Positions 30,877 through 40,741 of a stretch of 52,496 nt of DNA are shown here, one piece after another (the stretch's first letter is position 1; each line of letters begins with the position of its first letter). This stretch comes from a virus. Its lineage: Duplodnaviria; Caudoviricetes. Location of the stretch: IMG/VR virus record IMGVR_UViG_3300028045_000022, positions 1 to 52,496 of that record; one strand, written 5' to 3'. The notes beneath the pieces were generated by a model. The model was not told the DNA's origin. It saw only the letters and a list, made by a program, of their open reading frames with translations, and made no database searches. Position numbers and translations under genes: made by a program.

Positions 30877-31185
30877 TTATTTATTAGATATCACTCGTTG
30901 TTCAAACATTAATTCTGGTATCATATTTTTTAATGTTTCTATTTCGTAGTATTTAGTTTTTATAGTTTGTCTTATATGTTTTATTCTAGTAGTATAACTA
31001 TTTATTAAATAAGATACGGCATCCTTTTCAGAGAATGCCGTAGTAAATATATCATATGTCATATTAATAATTGTTTTGTTTTGCGTTAAAGCTTTTATAT
31101 TATCATCTTTTATTTCAATAATTGTAAATTTATAAACAACAATTTCATCGTTTATATATTCAGCTTTATACACAAAGTCATGCAT
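30877..31185 (-). CDS. hypothetical protein
   Basis: ORF track; AAGGA RBS. Confidence 0.6.
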   Translation of the reverse strand: MHDFVYKAEYINDEIVVYKFTIIEIKDDNIKALTQNKTIINMTYDIFTTAFSEKDAVSYLINSYTTRIKHIRQTIKTKYYEIETLKNMIPELMFEQRVISNK

Positions 31186-31194
31186 ATAATATCC

Positions 31195-31374
31195 TTATTT
31201 ATTTTTAGTCTTCTTAGACGATTTACATACATCATTTATTACTGTTGTAGTCTTTTGTTTAGTATATTTTTTTTCAACATTTTTTGTATCAACTTGTTTT
31301 TTATTTATAAATCTAGTTGTATCATGTGTTGTTAACATATCATTAAACGCTACATCATTAACTTGTTGTCCCAT
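31195..31374 (-). CDS. hypothetical basic protein
   Basis: ATG 31374 follows AAGGAGG. Confidence 0.55.
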   Translation of the reverse strand: MGQQVNDVAFNDMLTTHDTTRFINKKQVDTKNVEKKYTKQKTTTVINDVCKSSKKTKNK

Positions 31375-31633
31375 AAACTTCCTCCTTTGTAACATTTAAT
31401 ATAAACTTTAACCATTTCCATGTAATGTTAATATCTTCTGGATCATCTTTTATAACATCTCGTAATATACATGTACAAGATATAGCTGATCCGTCTTTGC
31501 CCCAATCGTCAATTCCACTACCATCACATATTTTACAATTCTTTTTAGGTTGTATTATACCACCTATTAAATCGTCGTCGTTAATATTTAAACTATCTGA
31601 CATTTTACGTATAAGATCTAAATCTATATCCAT
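31358..31633 (-). CDS. small zinc-finger protein
   Basis: CKICDGSG...CTC motif. Confidence 0.6.
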   Translation of the reverse strand: MDIDLDLIRKMSDSLNINDDDLIGGIIQPKKNCKICDGSGIDDWGKDGSAISCTCILRDVIKDDPEDINITWKWLKFILNVTKEEVYGTTS

Positions 31634-32163
31634 TAATCTTCTCCTTTAATATTAAGTCCAGCAAATATACCAGTTATATTTGGATCAAAATGGTATGGTC
31701 CAGTTCGTTCACCTATTAAAATTAAGTTACTAACATTTAGTAAATCTAAATCAGTAGGCATAAATTGATATTCATCTATAAAAATTTCATCAAATATATA
31801 TTGTAATTTTTTCGTTTTTACTTCATTATATGTTGCGAATTTATTATGATATCCGTTTATACTTATAATGTCATCATTAATTTCATAACCAATATTATTA
31901 GAAATACTTACATCTATCATTTGTTGAAATAACGTGTTACACATAGCTTTATTGTTAGATATTAGTAATGTATTTCTATGTTTATTAGCTAAAGCTTGCA
32001 TACATAAAAATATAGATTTACCACATCGTCTAGGTGCCATAATTATACATCTATTATTATTACTATAAAAGTCCATCATTTTATTTTGTATATGTGATAA
32101 CCATGTATAAGATATCTTTTTTACTGCATCTTTTTTATTATTCAGTAATCTTAGATTGATCAT
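31633..32163 (-). CDS. stand-alone terminase-like P-loop ATPase domain
   Basis: IIMAPRRCGKS (TerL-type Walker A) and FDEIFIDEY (Walker B), with no nuclease domain. Start moved to ATG 32163. Confidence 0.65.
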   Translation of the reverse strand: MINLRLLNNKKDAVKKISYTWLSHIQNKMMDFYSNNNRCIIMAPRRCGKSIFLCMQALANKHRNTLLISNNKAMCNTLFQQMIDVSISNNIGYEINDDIISINGYHNKFATYNEVKTKKLQYIFDEIFIDEYQFMPTDLDLLNVSNLILIGERTGPYHFDPNITGIFAGLNIKGED

Positions 32164-32308
32164 CGCTAATTTCTGCGTCAGATAGTTTAAGTTGTAATTC
32201 GTTATTAATCTTAACAGCATTATTTAATTCTGTTTTTAACATTTTAACTCTATTTTGTACTTCTAACATCAAATCGCATGTATCTGCGTAAAACTCATCT
32301 AAATTCAT
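32138..32308 (-). CDS. 56-aa coiled-coil protein
   Basis: Manual translation MNLDEFYADTCDLMLEVQNRVKMLKTELNN...; AGGAGG RBS; TATACTAT at 32341-32348. Confidence 0.65.
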   Translation of the reverse strand: MNLDEFYADTCDLMLEVQNRVKMLKTELNNAVKINNELQLKLSDAEISDDQSKITE

Positions 32309-32365
32309 AAAACCTCCTATTTTGTTTTATTAATTATAATATAGTATATTTTACAGAATTAATCA

Positions 32366-32980
32366 TTAAATTTTTGCACGATCCTTAATATTTATTGATG
32401 TTTCGAAAACATTGCGTATAACATCCTTTAATTCTGACTTATTAATATATTGAATTAATGGTACAGTGTGTTCTGTAGATACAAGTCTATTTGTTAACGT
32501 ATCGTATATTTGTTCTGTTACATATGTTATATATTCTTCTAATGATACAGTGCTTAATTCGTGATACCCATTTTCAATAATTTGCGTCATTATATCTTTT
32601 TCTATTTTGATCATAGCTTTTAATAATATACCGTGTGCCGCAGATCTTATACATCCATCTCTACCCATTCTAATACAATTAGTTTCTTTACCATTTATAC
32701 AAACTGGCTCTATATCTAATCTATTCATTATAACTGCTTTAAAATGTTTACATTTATTTATAAGATAACGTTCTATCTCATTATATGCTTTATGTTTGTC
32801 ATCAATTCTATCTTTTTCTTCTTCTTTAGCGAGTTTAATTGCTAATTGTAACTTATCTTCTACTAGATTAGTTTTGCTTTCACACATTCGTTTAAATTCA
32901 TTATAACCAATATAAAGTATTAGTATAATAATTGACCATACTGAAGGATTAGTTAATCCTTGTATAAAAATTGATTCCAT
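32366..32980 (-). CDS. membrane-anchored hypothetical protein (possible holin-related)
   Basis: N-terminal TM segment VWSIIILILYIGY after ATG 32980. Confidence 0.55.
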   Translation of the reverse strand: MESIFIQGLTNPSVWSIIILILYIGYNEFKRMCESKTNLVEDKLQLAIKLAKEEEKDRIDDKHKAYNEIERYLINKCKHFKAVIMNRLDIEPVCINGKETNCIRMGRDGCIRSAAHGILLKAMIKIEKDIMTQIIENGYHELSTVSLEEYITYVTEQIYDTLTNRLVSTEHTVPLIQYINKSELKDVIRNVFETSINIKDRAKI

Positions 32981-32990
32981 CTTATAAGCC

Positions 32991-33119
32991 TTACATATAA
33001 TTAATAAAATATTCTTTAAGAATTGGTATAATATATTCAAGTGTAAAACTCGATATTAACCAAATAATAATAATAAATAATACTGTTTCTATAAGTTTTT
33101 TAAAATAATACTTATCCAT
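32991..33119 (-). CDS. 42-aa single-pass membrane peptide
   Basis: Manual translation MDKYYFKKLIETVLFIIIIWLISSFTLEYIIPILKEYFINYM; TATACTAT at 33145-33152. Confidence 0.45.
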   Translation of the reverse strand: MDKYYFKKLIETVLFIIIIWLISSFTLEYIIPILKEYFINYM

Positions 33120-33161
33120 AATAATACCCATATTCTATATAATAATAGTATACTTTAATTT

Positions 33162-33195
33162 AAAAAAAATAGCACAAATATTAATCTGTGCTATT
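33162..33195 (-). terminator. rho-independent terminator
   Basis: Minus strand AATAGCACAGATTAATATTTGTGCTA followed by T8. Confidence 0.7.
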
Positions 33196-33230
33196 CTTAT
33201 ATACATTAGTAATATTACTAGTGTTATACC

Positions 33231-33533
33231 TTACAATACACCTGAAGGTTCAGGTTCCTCTACTGGTTCCTCTGGTTCTTCTTCAACAATAGTATAACCA
33301 TTATCAATTTTCCATTGGTCAAACATAGACTCAGACAAAATACCAAATTTTTCTAAATCAATTGCTCCAGCCAGTACCGCATCTTGTAATGAAACAGAAG
33401 CACTGCCAACTCGTATACCCTTATCAGTTACATATTTCAATGTAACATTACCAGTACCTTCTGCGAAGTTGATACCGTTTACCTTTACTGAAGTGACTGC
33501 ACACTCCATATTACCTAAGTTTAATTCAGCCAT
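33231..33533 (-). CDS. small protein downstream of the tail fibre (possible fibre chaperone)
   Basis: AAGGAG RBS; position directly after the fibre gene. Confidence 0.6.
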   Translation of the reverse strand: MAELNLGNMECAVTSVKVNGINFAEGTGNVTLKYVTDKGIRVGSASVSLQDAVLAGAIDLEKFGILSESMFDQWKIDNGYTIVEEEPEEPVEEPEPSGVL

Positions 33534-33566
33534 TTCTGACTCCTTTTCTATTGAAGGGGCAGTTGC

Positions 33567-36500
33567 CTACCCCAGTTCTGATAACATTGCTGTTATAAGT
33601 CCGTTGGTAACTGTAATTGTTTTACCATCATTACTTGTAAAGCTACCACTTGCACCTGCCGTTCCACCAACACTATAAGTAGCTGAGTCAGTATCACCAC
33701 TAACTGCAAGGTCTTTGTATACTCTTGTATCGCCATCTCTGTCAATTTCAAATAACAGTTTAGCATAGTCTCTAAATGAGTAGGCAACTTTTCCAGCAAG
33801 AGTAGTATGCTCTTTACCTCCAGCAGAATCATCATCTTCTCTAACAGTGAATATCATATCAGAGTCAACCATTCCGTTATTGGTTACTGCACCAATAAGT
33901 AGTCCAATATCAGATATTCCACTTCCTTTAGCTAATATACTTGGCACTCTATATATAGATGAGCCATTTACTATTTGCAGAGTACCATTAGCCACTGCTG
34001 AGGCATCCCAACCATTACCAGTGTTCGGCAATATTGTAAGGTCTTTTCCTGATATATCTCCACCAACAGCGAGGTCGCCACCAACATCAAGGTCGTCAGT
34101 AATTTCAACATCGCCAACTACATCCAGTTCAGCAGAAGGTGTATCTGTTCCAATACCAAGATTATTATTAGCATCGAGTACCATACCAATAACACTACCT
34201 GTACCAAAAAACATATCACCGTCTTCGTAGTTTAGGACATACGCAGTAGTAGGACCAGATAACCCAATACCTAAACCACTGTATAAATCTGTTCCTGAAT
34301 CTGTATTGGTAATCTTAATTAAGTTGGTGTTCGAACTAGCGTTATGCACATGTAGCGGTTGCGCAGGGTCTGCTAATCCGACACCTATATAACCACCATT
34401 AAAGTATGAAATACCATTACCATTAATATTAACAGTATCAGCAGTAGATGTTCCTTTGAGTGCTAATAAACCTGAAGTGTCAGTGTTCTCAAACATATAG
34501 CCAAACAGGGTTCCACTGGCTGTGCGTTCAAGTGCTAATGCTGGTGCACCTACACTATTATTTTTTACAATCAATGGATATGATGAAGCAATTGTTGCTC
34601 CACCAACAGTAAGGTTGTTAGTAACATTAACGCCACCAGCAGGACCAGATTCTATAGACAACTTTTTAGTGCCTTGTGTCCAGAAATCCAACTCACCGCC
34701 TGTTACTGTGTTCTTAACTGATACATCGTTGGATTGTGCTCCAGACGCTGAACCGTAGGCAACCATTACACCAGCAGTTGCACCGTTGCTCGTGTTTAGC
34801 GATAATACTGAGTTTGCATTTGTGTTAGAGCAGGTAGCATTGATAACAGCAGCAGTGGCATCACCAACTGTGAGAACTCCACCAACATCGGCATCTCCAC
34901 CAACATCTAAGTCGCCATTGAGTATATCAACATCACCCAAATTGTCTATAGTTATTCCAGCATTTGAGTTTGCAATGAATGTCATTACATCGGTGTTGTG
35001 GTTATAAGTAATCTGACCTACTGTATTGCTTGCTTCATCACCAAATAGCATGTATTGTATTGAGGTTGATGGACTCAGAAATTGTAAACCAGTGGAACTA
35101 CTATTTTCTACAACCAAGTCAGTAACAGAGGACGCACCGATTGCTCCAGCCGAACCCGAAAATACATGAAGCCTCTCATCAGGAATTGCTGTTCCAATAC
35201 CAACATTACCACCACCAAAACCGAGAATCACATCTGATGCTGTATAGTTGTTGATATATGTACCAGCGTCTGAATCCATAACTAAATACTTACCTGTAGC
35301 ACCTGCAATAGATGCCTCTCCACTTTTACGCTCAATGGTAATTGCTGGTGAAGCGGTTACGCCATCACCAACGGTTAGAGTACCACCAACAGTAAGGTCG
35401 TTAGTAATGTCTGCATCACCTAGCATATCAATACTTTTATCATCATTCATTACCATTGCAATATCTAAAGAGTCGCCACCATTGACATAAAAATTCAATT
35501 TGCCCTTTAGTGCTGATGGTGTAGCTTGTGTAATTACGCCCTGCATTATTCCATGGATGTTGGTATTTGACAACGCCCCTGTACCTGTCATAAGGTATAC
35601 ACCATTAGCACTATCTACGGCTTCAGCACTATTTCTGAGTGCTAATATTGAACCATTACTACCTGAGTTGCTTACGATAGATTCTATCGCCACATTTGCC
35701 TCGCCTAAACCATCTCCAACTACAACCCTGCCGCCAACATCAAGGTCGCTAGAAATATCTACATCGCCAGTATTATTAACTGTAAATAATTCGTTACCTC
35801 CATCATCCCCAACTGATAGAATATCTTGATTTTGAGTTGAATGACCTTTTACTCTGAGTTGAACATTATCGTCTCTACCATCAATGAAGACATTGCCGTT
35901 AATTCCTGCTGCATATGACTCTGACACTTCTATGCTCTTAGTGGTTGTTCCAATAAGCACTCTTTCACCTGTGGAACTTAGGGTTACTTTAGCGTTTCCC
36001 GTAGGGTTTCCAATGGAAGAACCATCTCCAATTATAACCTCGCCATCAACAGTGAGGTCGTTAAAAACCTCAGTATTCCCTGCACCGTCAATGGTGAATA
36101 GGTCAGTACTATTCCAACTCTCTACTTCTAATATATTTGAAGCTGTTTGAGTGGAATGCGCTTGAACCTTCAGTTGGACCTCATCCGCAGTTCCATCAAT
36201 AAATGTTGCTGAGTCATTCACGCTATCAACATACGATTTGATTGCTGATTGAGTTACAAGGCGAGTGTTTGTAGGAGTAGTAAAGCTAGTATCTGTTGAT
36301 ATATCGTTTACACTTACACTTCCTGAAAGGTCAAAAAAACCACCAACAGTGAGAGATCTTAAAATGTCAACATCTCCTGTAGAGTCTATAGTAACCCTGG
36401 TAGCATCATTAGTGTTAATAGCCATGCTGTCGGTTGCGTTGTCGTAAGCTATTTTACCAGAGGAAACATTGTCTCCTAAGCCTAGCGTAGCCACTGAGGA

Positions 36501-39500
36501 AGCGCCAGCCTCAACATAAACACCTGCGTTCGCACCATACGCTATTGTTACCCTGTCGTCAGCAGTTGCAAAGTTCCCTGCAGTCAATACTCCTGCTACA
36601 TCTAAGTCGTCTGTAATATCAACATCGCCTTCAAACTTAGAATCACCAACAACATGAAAATCAGTATCAGGTGTGATATTGTGTACACCCACTCTATCGG
36701 TGGTATTGCGAATCGTTATTGCTCGCTCTCCTGTGCTTGAATATAAATTAGTATAATCTGCCCCTCTTTGTAATAGTGAGGCACCCGAACCATCATTTAG
36801 CCTTACACTTGTTTGGTTAATTAATAATGCATTATTACCACCTAAGTCAACTTGAAGATATTCAGCACCTGTAGTACCATTAAAGTTCATATTTGCAGAG
36901 CCAGTACCATCACCTGTTAAAATTATATTTGGACCATTGTTATCTTTTCTTATTGTGTTAGCCTCAACTGTATTGGCTGTTGCAATACCTGTAACCGTTA
37001 GGCTGCCATCAACATCTCTTGTACCATCAGCCAATAAATATTGTGTATGGTCATCGTCGTCTAAACCTGTTAATGCTCCATGATCTACAATACTACCAGC
37101 GACAGCAGTTCCAATAGATGATGTTCTCCAATCAATAATCATAGCTGCACCTTCAACTTGCTCATAATCCCAAGTGTTATTACCACCTCGAACAATTGCT
37201 GTTGCAAGTGCTTTATATTCAGGAAAAGTTAATCCTGTTGTAGTTATTGTATTTATTTCACTAGCAGCAGCTTCTCTAGCAGCATTTCTAGCAGTATATA
37301 AATTTTGACCAACTACTGTAAATATTTCCTTATTATTAAAATCTAAAGTACCAAAATAATGATATAGTACATAATTATTATTCGGTACATCCTTAAGTGG
37401 TTCTATCGCATCTGTAATATCATTATATTGTGGTTGACCGCCACCATCTATAGCTACACCTGAATCGAAGAAATCAGAATCCCATTCTGGTGTTACAGCA
37501 TCATATTCATACCATACTGATGATATTTGATTATTAGCAGCATTAGGAATGTCTGATATATTCCATCTAATATCTTCGTCCCAAATGAGACCACCACCAA
37601 TACTAATTTCTTTAGTATTATTTACGGGAACTACTAACAACCCCTCATTACCATATCTAGTACCAGTTGCTAAATGATTATATAAATGTGTTTCCCAATT
37701 CATTAATCCGTGAAATTCAAACGATTCTTTCATTGCTGCATCTCTAGCTTTATTCCACACTATTTCAGCTACAAATACATTATCTCTAATTATTGTATAA
37801 ACATTAACTGTATTAGCTGCTTCGACAGTAAGTGTACCTTCAGCATCTGAGAAATAAATCCAGTAAGATTTAGCAGTTGTTGGTATATCTACTGTTATAG
37901 CGTCAGTAGTTTTATTCATTACTTTTTCCGCACCTCTATAATAATACTCATATGTCGAATCAATAGCGTCTATAGTAAAAGAACCAATACCACCAGTACC
38001 ACCAGTTGGATCAAATGACATAGAAACTTTATCTTGTTGCCATTCTCCATTTGCTAGAGATTCAGTATTATATCCATTATTTGTTACTGCACCTTCAGCG
38101 TTAATCGCAAGTTCATCAATAGCGTCTTGTATATTGCTAGAACTTAAACTAGATGTGAAATTCTCATATGTAACTTCATTACCAGCTATATAACCTGATG
38201 ACCAAACTACACCATTTGATCTCATATATAATCCACTAATAGTAGCTGTTAGATTATTATCTACATCGTGCAATTCATATAATTCAAAACCATTTTGCGG
38301 ATTAACAAAAATAGCACCATTACCATTACTTTCAATAACAATAGTTCCAACTATAGAACCGTGTGCTGGTGAATCTGGTTGTGTAGTTTGCCATTCCCCT
38401 GATGTAACTGATGTCCACACTGTTGCACCAGCATCATCGCCACCCGTTACGTCCGTATTTAGATTACGAACAAGTCCAAACGTAGTAACCCAACCTTGAT
38501 CACCATCAGCAATAGCGTGAGTTGTCATACCTATAATATCTTGCGTTTCCTCAGAAGCAGCTGAAGTTAATTGTATTGTCGCTCTTTGTCCTTGTGAACC
38601 ATTAATATAAACAATTTTTCCATCACCGATATCAGATCCAGTATTATTTAATACTCTTACCCAATTTTCTTGACCAAGTTGTAATATCGAATCTGGTACA
38701 TCTGTTTGTAAATTTAATGTATGATCGTCAGAATTATACCAAACCGCGCCTTCTTCTGTAGGATCATCACCGCCAGATTGTTCGAAATGAACCCACTCTG
38801 CATGTAATCCGCTAACAGAACCTTGATACCAACGACTTGTCGCTTCATCACCAAATGATATGTTATCAGAAGTTGGTAAAATATAATTTCCAGATTCATA
38901 TATATTATTAAACGTTGGTATTTGTCCTGATAAAGTAATGATTTCACCATCAATATAATTCTTAGTAGCTAAGTCTGAATCTGCAACAGGATCTACTCCA
39001 CCAACTGGTCCAGTAAAAGGAATAGCGCCATCATCAGTTACATAATTACTTGGACCACCACAATTAGATTCATATCCAGTTCCAACAAAATACGCTTCGG
39101 TAATGGTAACGCCACTATTGTTATAATAACTATACATATTTATAGCGGTCTCAGCAGGAGAAAATGATCCAGACCTAACAAGTGTTTCTGTTAATACACC
39201 TTGTGTTACAGTTGTAGTCATTGTTAATTGACCTGGTGTATTAAAATCTAATTCAACTACAAAATCAGCAGGAACATTATTTACAAATGTAACAGAACCA
39301 TCAACTCTTGAACCGTTAAAATATGTAGCCAATACTCCACCTATTAATCCAGTTCTAGTATTCGATGTTAAAGAACCACCAATATTTAAAGAGTTTGCTC
39401 CACTATCGGGTTGTGCGTCAGGATCAGTCCATTTAATTCTAGCAAAGGTTAGGTCGTATACATCAACATTTGAACCATTCGCTCTAAATATAGAATACTG

Positions 39501-40700
39501 TCTATTAGAAGTAATACCTAAAGGATCTAAATCAACGGAACCGTCACCATTAAATGTGTAGTCAGTAGAAAATTTATAATCAAAATCGACAGATGTAAAA
39601 GCTGTAGCGCCATCTGCTGTCAGACCTCTTGAAAGATATGTTCCACTAATTGGACAATTAGCGTAACCATCACTAGTCGCAACATCAGCTTTTAATGCTA
39701 GTTCAGTTGTTATTTTATCTGCTGACCATAATATATCATCGTCTGTATTATCATCGTCAACTTCAAATCCTGAATCTGTTAAGTTACCATTAGAATTTAA
39801 TGCTGCTAGATTACCATCTGTAGCACCTGACACTTTATCTGCCTTGTCCTCTAATGCAGTATTGAAGTCTGTAGTAGTTACATATGTTTCTTCATTGCCT
39901 AAACAATCACTTTCAAAGTCCGTTCCTACAACATACAACTCATTAAATGTTATTCCATAGGCGTTATCTGCCTGATTATAAGCTATACCAATTGTGTTGT
40001 CACCTGATGTAGTTCCTGTGTGCTGAACTGTTTCTATTGTTGCACCTTGAGTTACTGTTACAGTTACAGTAGTAGTTGCACCGTCAATTACAACGTCTAC
40101 TTCCCAATCTGATGAATCAGGTTGAGCAAATACCGTAGTACCTTGCTTCAGGTTGCCATCGATATAAATGCTGATCTTATAGTTAGCCGAAGTTACCCAA
40201 TTAAACTCGCTTTGCCAATTCCAAGTAAGCTTAGACGGTCTAGTGCCATCAAACATCTGCTCTTTTGTATACTTCATGTGAAATGACTTTACTTTAGTCA
40301 TGTCTATGATGGAACCCTGAGAATAGAATTCTATATCATCGTTTGATGTTCCAGTAGGATCGAAGAACATAGAACCATCAACATTATAAACAAGATCTGA
40401 TACTGGATTGCCTAACCATTTGATGTCATCACTTGAAAACGCCGTTGCTCCACCTTCCGTCAGACCTCTCGCGAGATATGTTTCACCGATAGCACATGAA
40501 CCATAACCTTCCATAGTCGGTACATCAGCTTTAGTGGCTAATGCTTCTTGTACAGATAATCCTGTAACTATATCTGTTGCTAACGCTGTAGATATATTAT
40601 CTGATACACCACTAATTGGTAAACTTTCACCATCTATTGTGTCTCCTATTAGGAAACCATTTTTAATTTTAAATTCATTAGACATAATTTCACTCTCCAT
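33567..40700 (-). CDS. long mosaic tail fibre / receptor-binding protein
   Basis: 2,377 aa. Fibre motifs include DLATKNYID, GNVGIGTAIP, NLGIGTDTPSAELDV, DHGALTGLDDDDHTQY and repeated GDVDITDDLDVGG spacers, with the terminal GKTITVTNGLIT. Confidence 0.85.
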   Translation of the reverse strand: MESEIMSNEFKIKNGFLIGDTIDGESLPISGVSDNISTALATDIVTGLSVQEALATKADVPTMEGYGSCAIGETYLARGLTEGGATAFSSDDIKWLGNPVSDLVYNVDGSMFFDPTGTSNDDIEFYSQGSIIDMTKVKSFHMKYTKEQMFDGTRPSKLTWNWQSEFNWVTSANYKISIYIDGNLKQGTTVFAQPDSSDWEVDVVIDGATTTVTVTVTQGATIETVQHTGTTSGDNTIGIAYNQADNAYGITFNELYVVGTDFESDCLGNEETYVTTTDFNTALEDKADKVSGATDGNLAALNSNGNLTDSGFEVDDDNTDDDILWSADKITTELALKADVATSDGYANCPISGTYLSRGLTADGATAFTSVDFDYKFSTDYTFNGDGSVDLDPLGITSNRQYSIFRANGSNVDVYDLTFARIKWTDPDAQPDSGANSLNIGGSLTSNTRTGLIGGVLATYFNGSRVDGSVTFVNNVPADFVVELDFNTPGQLTMTTTVTQGVLTETLVRSGSFSPAETAINMYSYYNNSGVTITEAYFVGTGYESNCGGPSNYVTDDGAIPFTGPVGGVDPVADSDLATKNYIDGEIITLSGQIPTFNNIYESGNYILPTSDNISFGDEATSRWYQGSVSGLHAEWVHFEQSGGDDPTEEGAVWYNSDDHTLNLQTDVPDSILQLGQENWVRVLNNTGSDIGDGKIVYINGSQGQRATIQLTSAASEETQDIIGMTTHAIADGDQGWVTTFGLVRNLNTDVTGGDDAGATVWTSVTSGEWQTTQPDSPAHGSIVGTIVIESNGNGAIFVNPQNGFELYELHDVDNNLTATISGLYMRSNGVVWSSGYIAGNEVTYENFTSSLSSSNIQDAIDELAINAEGAVTNNGYNTESLANGEWQQDKVSMSFDPTGGTGGIGSFTIDAIDSTYEYYYRGAEKVMNKTTDAITVDIPTTAKSYWIYFSDAEGTLTVEAANTVNVYTIIRDNVFVAEIVWNKARDAAMKESFEFHGLMNWETHLYNHLATGTRYGNEGLLVVPVNNTKEISIGGGLIWDEDIRWNISDIPNAANNQISSVWYEYDAVTPEWDSDFFDSGVAIDGGGQPQYNDITDAIEPLKDVPNNNYVLYHYFGTLDFNNKEIFTVVGQNLYTARNAAREAAASEINTITTTGLTFPEYKALATAIVRGGNNTWDYEQVEGAAMIIDWRTSSIGTAVAGSIVDHGALTGLDDDDHTQYLLADGTRDVDGSLTVTGIATANTVEANTIRKDNNGPNIILTGDGTGSANMNFNGTTGAEYLQVDLGGNNALLINQTSVRLNDGSGASLLQRGADYTNLYSSTGERAITIRNTTDRVGVHNITPDTDFHVVGDSKFEGDVDITDDLDVAGVLTAGNFATADDRVTIAYGANAGVYVEAGASSVATLGLGDNVSSGKIAYDNATDSMAINTNDATRVTIDSTGDVDILRSLTVGGFFDLSGSVSVNDISTDTSFTTPTNTRLVTQSAIKSYVDSVNDSATFIDGTADEVQLKVQAHSTQTASNILEVESWNSTDLFTIDGAGNTEVFNDLTVDGEVIIGDGSSIGNPTGNAKVTLSSTGERVLIGTTTKSIEVSESYAAGINGNVFIDGRDDNVQLRVKGHSTQNQDILSVGDDGGNELFTVNNTGDVDISSDLDVGGRVVVGDGLGEANVAIESIVSNSGSNGSILALRNSAEAVDSANGVYLMTGTGALSNTNIHGIMQGVITQATPSALKGKLNFYVNGGDSLDIAMVMNDDKSIDMLGDADITNDLTVGGTLTVGDGVTASPAITIERKSGEASIAGATGKYLVMDSDAGTYINNYTASDVILGFGGGNVGIGTAIPDERLHVFSGSAGAIGASSVTDLVVENSSSTGLQFLSPSTSIQYMLFGDEASNTVGQITYNHNTDVMTFIANSNAGITIDNLGDVDILNGDLDVGGDADVGGVLTVGDATAAVINATCSNTNANSVLSLNTSNGATAGVMVAYGSASGAQSNDVSVKNTVTGGELDFWTQGTKKLSIESGPAGGVNVTNNLTVGGATIASSYPLIVKNNSVGAPALALERTASGTLFGYMFENTDTSGLLALKGTSTADTVNINGNGISYFNGGYIGVGLADPAQPLHVHNASSNTNLIKITNTDSGTDLYSGLGIGLSGPTTAYVLNYEDGDMFFGTGSVIGMVLDANNNLGIGTDTPSAELDVVGDVEITDDLDVGGDLAVGGDISGKDLTILPNTGNGWDASAVANGTLQIVNGSSIYRVPSILAKGSGISDIGLLIGAVTNNGMVDSDMIFTVREDDDSAGGKEHTTLAGKVAYSFRDYAKLLFEIDRDGDTRVYKDLAVSGDTDSATYSVGGTAGASGSFTSNDGKTITVTNGLITAMLSELG

Positions 40701-40712
40701 TATGCTTTAGTT

Positions 40713-40735
40713 AAAAATGAGGACCGAAGTCCTCA
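40713..40735 (-). terminator. rho-independent terminator
   Basis: Minus strand TGAGGAC-TTCG-GTCCTCA-TTTTT. Confidence 0.8.
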
Positions 40736-40741
40736 ATAATA

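Noticed and set aside
33847-36447. Several + strand ORFs opposite the tail fibre
   Set aside because: They are antisense shadows of a repetitive Gly/Asp/Val-rich gene. The same applies to other short nested ORFs in the track, such as 1853-2071, 14757-15483, 16799-17605 and 45520-46056.
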